Origin: Squalus acanthias
Taxonomy: Eukaryota
Assembly (NCBI GenBank): GCA_030390025.1
Contig: JASTWF010000033.1
Coordinates: 2,544,001-2,608,000 of the forward strand
DNA: 64,000 nt
Direction of reading: 5' to 3'
The notes below the pieces were generated by a model. That model saw only the letters and a list, made by a program, of their open reading frames with translations, did no database searches and had not been told where the DNA came from. Made by a program: the position numbers and the translations under genes. Shown here piece after piece: positions 62,465 through 64,000 of the stretch (the first letter of the stretch is position 1; each line of letters begins with the position of its first letter).

Positions 62465-62800
62465 TTCCTCCCCCACGATGGTTGGAATAGTTTATTAAAT
62501 CATTTAAATGTGCCCTCGAAACATTTCACACCGCTAGTTTAAAATCACTGCTTCAATTTGTTTCTGTGTTGAAGAAGGGGGTGAAAATGATAATAAAAAC
62601 GCCAGGCAGCACCCGCGGTGAGACAAGGTTTGAACTATACAAAGAAGTTGGGGCTGCGAAGTAACCACGGAGCTAAAGCTGACGACGATTAAAGGATGAG
62701 AAACCGCTCAATATAAAGGATGAGCTCACCATCAAGCCCCTCCTTTCTTATTCAGAGACATGAACGGGAGTCAGACGCCACAAACTTTAATTAAAGGCAC

Positions 62801-63611
62801 TGTTAGATTCGAATTTGGAGAAACTCTAGACGGAGACGGAATTGAGGACAAGTTCAGAATTTATTAAAATAAACAAAAGACTTGTGCACAAGGGAGAGCC
62901 ACTCAGCTTCCTCAAGCTAGGGGCGCACTCTCTGAGGAACAAGTAATGGTTCATTCAAGTTATACATTTCTATAAGCACCGCCCACTTACTACAGAATGG
63001 GGCGTACACGTACAAACAGTGTCACTACAGTTACTCTCTATTGGTTATATGGTTAGTCACTCAACTGTCGGGCCCTCCCCTTGAACCCTGACCATGCCAG
63101 TCACAGATGTTGGTTGCCTCATCCTACTCCCCAAATTCTTGCTGTTATCTCTTCCTTTGCGGGCATAATTTATAGTTTGAGAAAACATATTTTATCCCTG
63201 GCTGTCGGACAGAGCGGGGTGGCTCAAGGCCGTAATGGCTTGGATGCTCAGTGACTGGAACCGTGTTGGTCATTAATTGCTCCCTTATCTCTTGGGAGAC
63301 CAGGTTCGAATAGTAGATGTACCCCCCGTGCCTGGAACTGTGTTGGTTGTTAATTGCTCCCTTATCTCTTGGGAGGCCAGGCTGTGCTTTGACAATGGCT
63401 CTACTGAGGTTGTGAATACATATATCCCAAGGTTTGATAAGGGGAGGGAGGCACCTTCCAGTCTACAAATATGCCTTAATTAGCTAAACCTACTATCCGA
63501 AATAAGTAGAGGGTAATGTAGTCAAGTATCCCAGCATTCTTTGGGAACAAGCAGGATCCTTCAGTAGTAGTCAAGTATCCCAGAGTTCTTGGGAATAATC
63601 TGGATCCTTCA
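62801..63611 (-). mobile_element. 811-bp solo LTR
   Basis: TG...CA termini, perfect 4-bp TSD gcac (62797, 63612), AATAAA on minus at 62860-62865, internal tandem duplications. Confidence 0.8.
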
Positions 63612-64000
63612 GCACAAATACGTGTAACGCTTACTTCCAAATTTTCACTGTTAAAATTATATCACTTTATTCCAAATCTGACTGCGTTGAATCTGAATGT
63701 CAGCACCATGGGATTTGATGTTCACTGCTGATTCTATTTTATGTGCACGGTAGAAATAACCGGCACTATTCAATATGCCAATAGTTGCTCCAGATTCCTG
63801 GTGTCATCAGCAATGAACATTTTAAAGCAGACTCCTGAAGTATATTGTGTAAAATGAGTTATGGGTAACAGTTAACATGCAAAGCACAAATAAAATGATT
63901 GAAGTATCGACTCTCGCTCAGTTATCATTTCTTTCATGGTGCAAAAGAAGATTATCGGTTAATTGATGATGCTTTTCCATGAAAGCAACATAAAAGTTTC

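Overview
Repeat-dense vertebrate genomic DNA, very probably from a cartilaginous fish (inferred from the CR1 LINE tails, the Penelope 3' ends and a GPR139-like receptor). Only one host protein gene is supported: a two-exon GPR139/142-like class A GPCR on the minus strand (34696-34627 joined to 29519-28618, about 323 aa). Bases 1-25400 are minisatellite arrays invaded by a decayed foamy-virus-like provirus (LTR, tRNA-Lys PBS, gag, PR-RT with YVDD), a solo LTR of that family, CR1 LINEs and Penelope elements carrying minimal hammerhead ribozymes, several of them nested. A decayed Harbinger transposon follows the GPCR. Bases 39200-60700 are a ~2.05-kb tandem tRNA array (Phe-GAA, Ile-AAT, Glu-TTC/CTC). 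Its first unit carries a CR1, a 1.66-kb solo LTR and a full-length Gypsy element with an uninterrupted ORF. The most novel-looking signals are: (i) the Gypsy element has no tRNA PBS but a 12-nt PBS complementary to its own LTR (putative self-priming); (ii) each intact array unit has a conserved 96-nt Pol III-like, non-tRNA element between Phe and Ile; (iii) the endogenous foamy virus itself. All calls are by eye; no database searches or folding programs were run.
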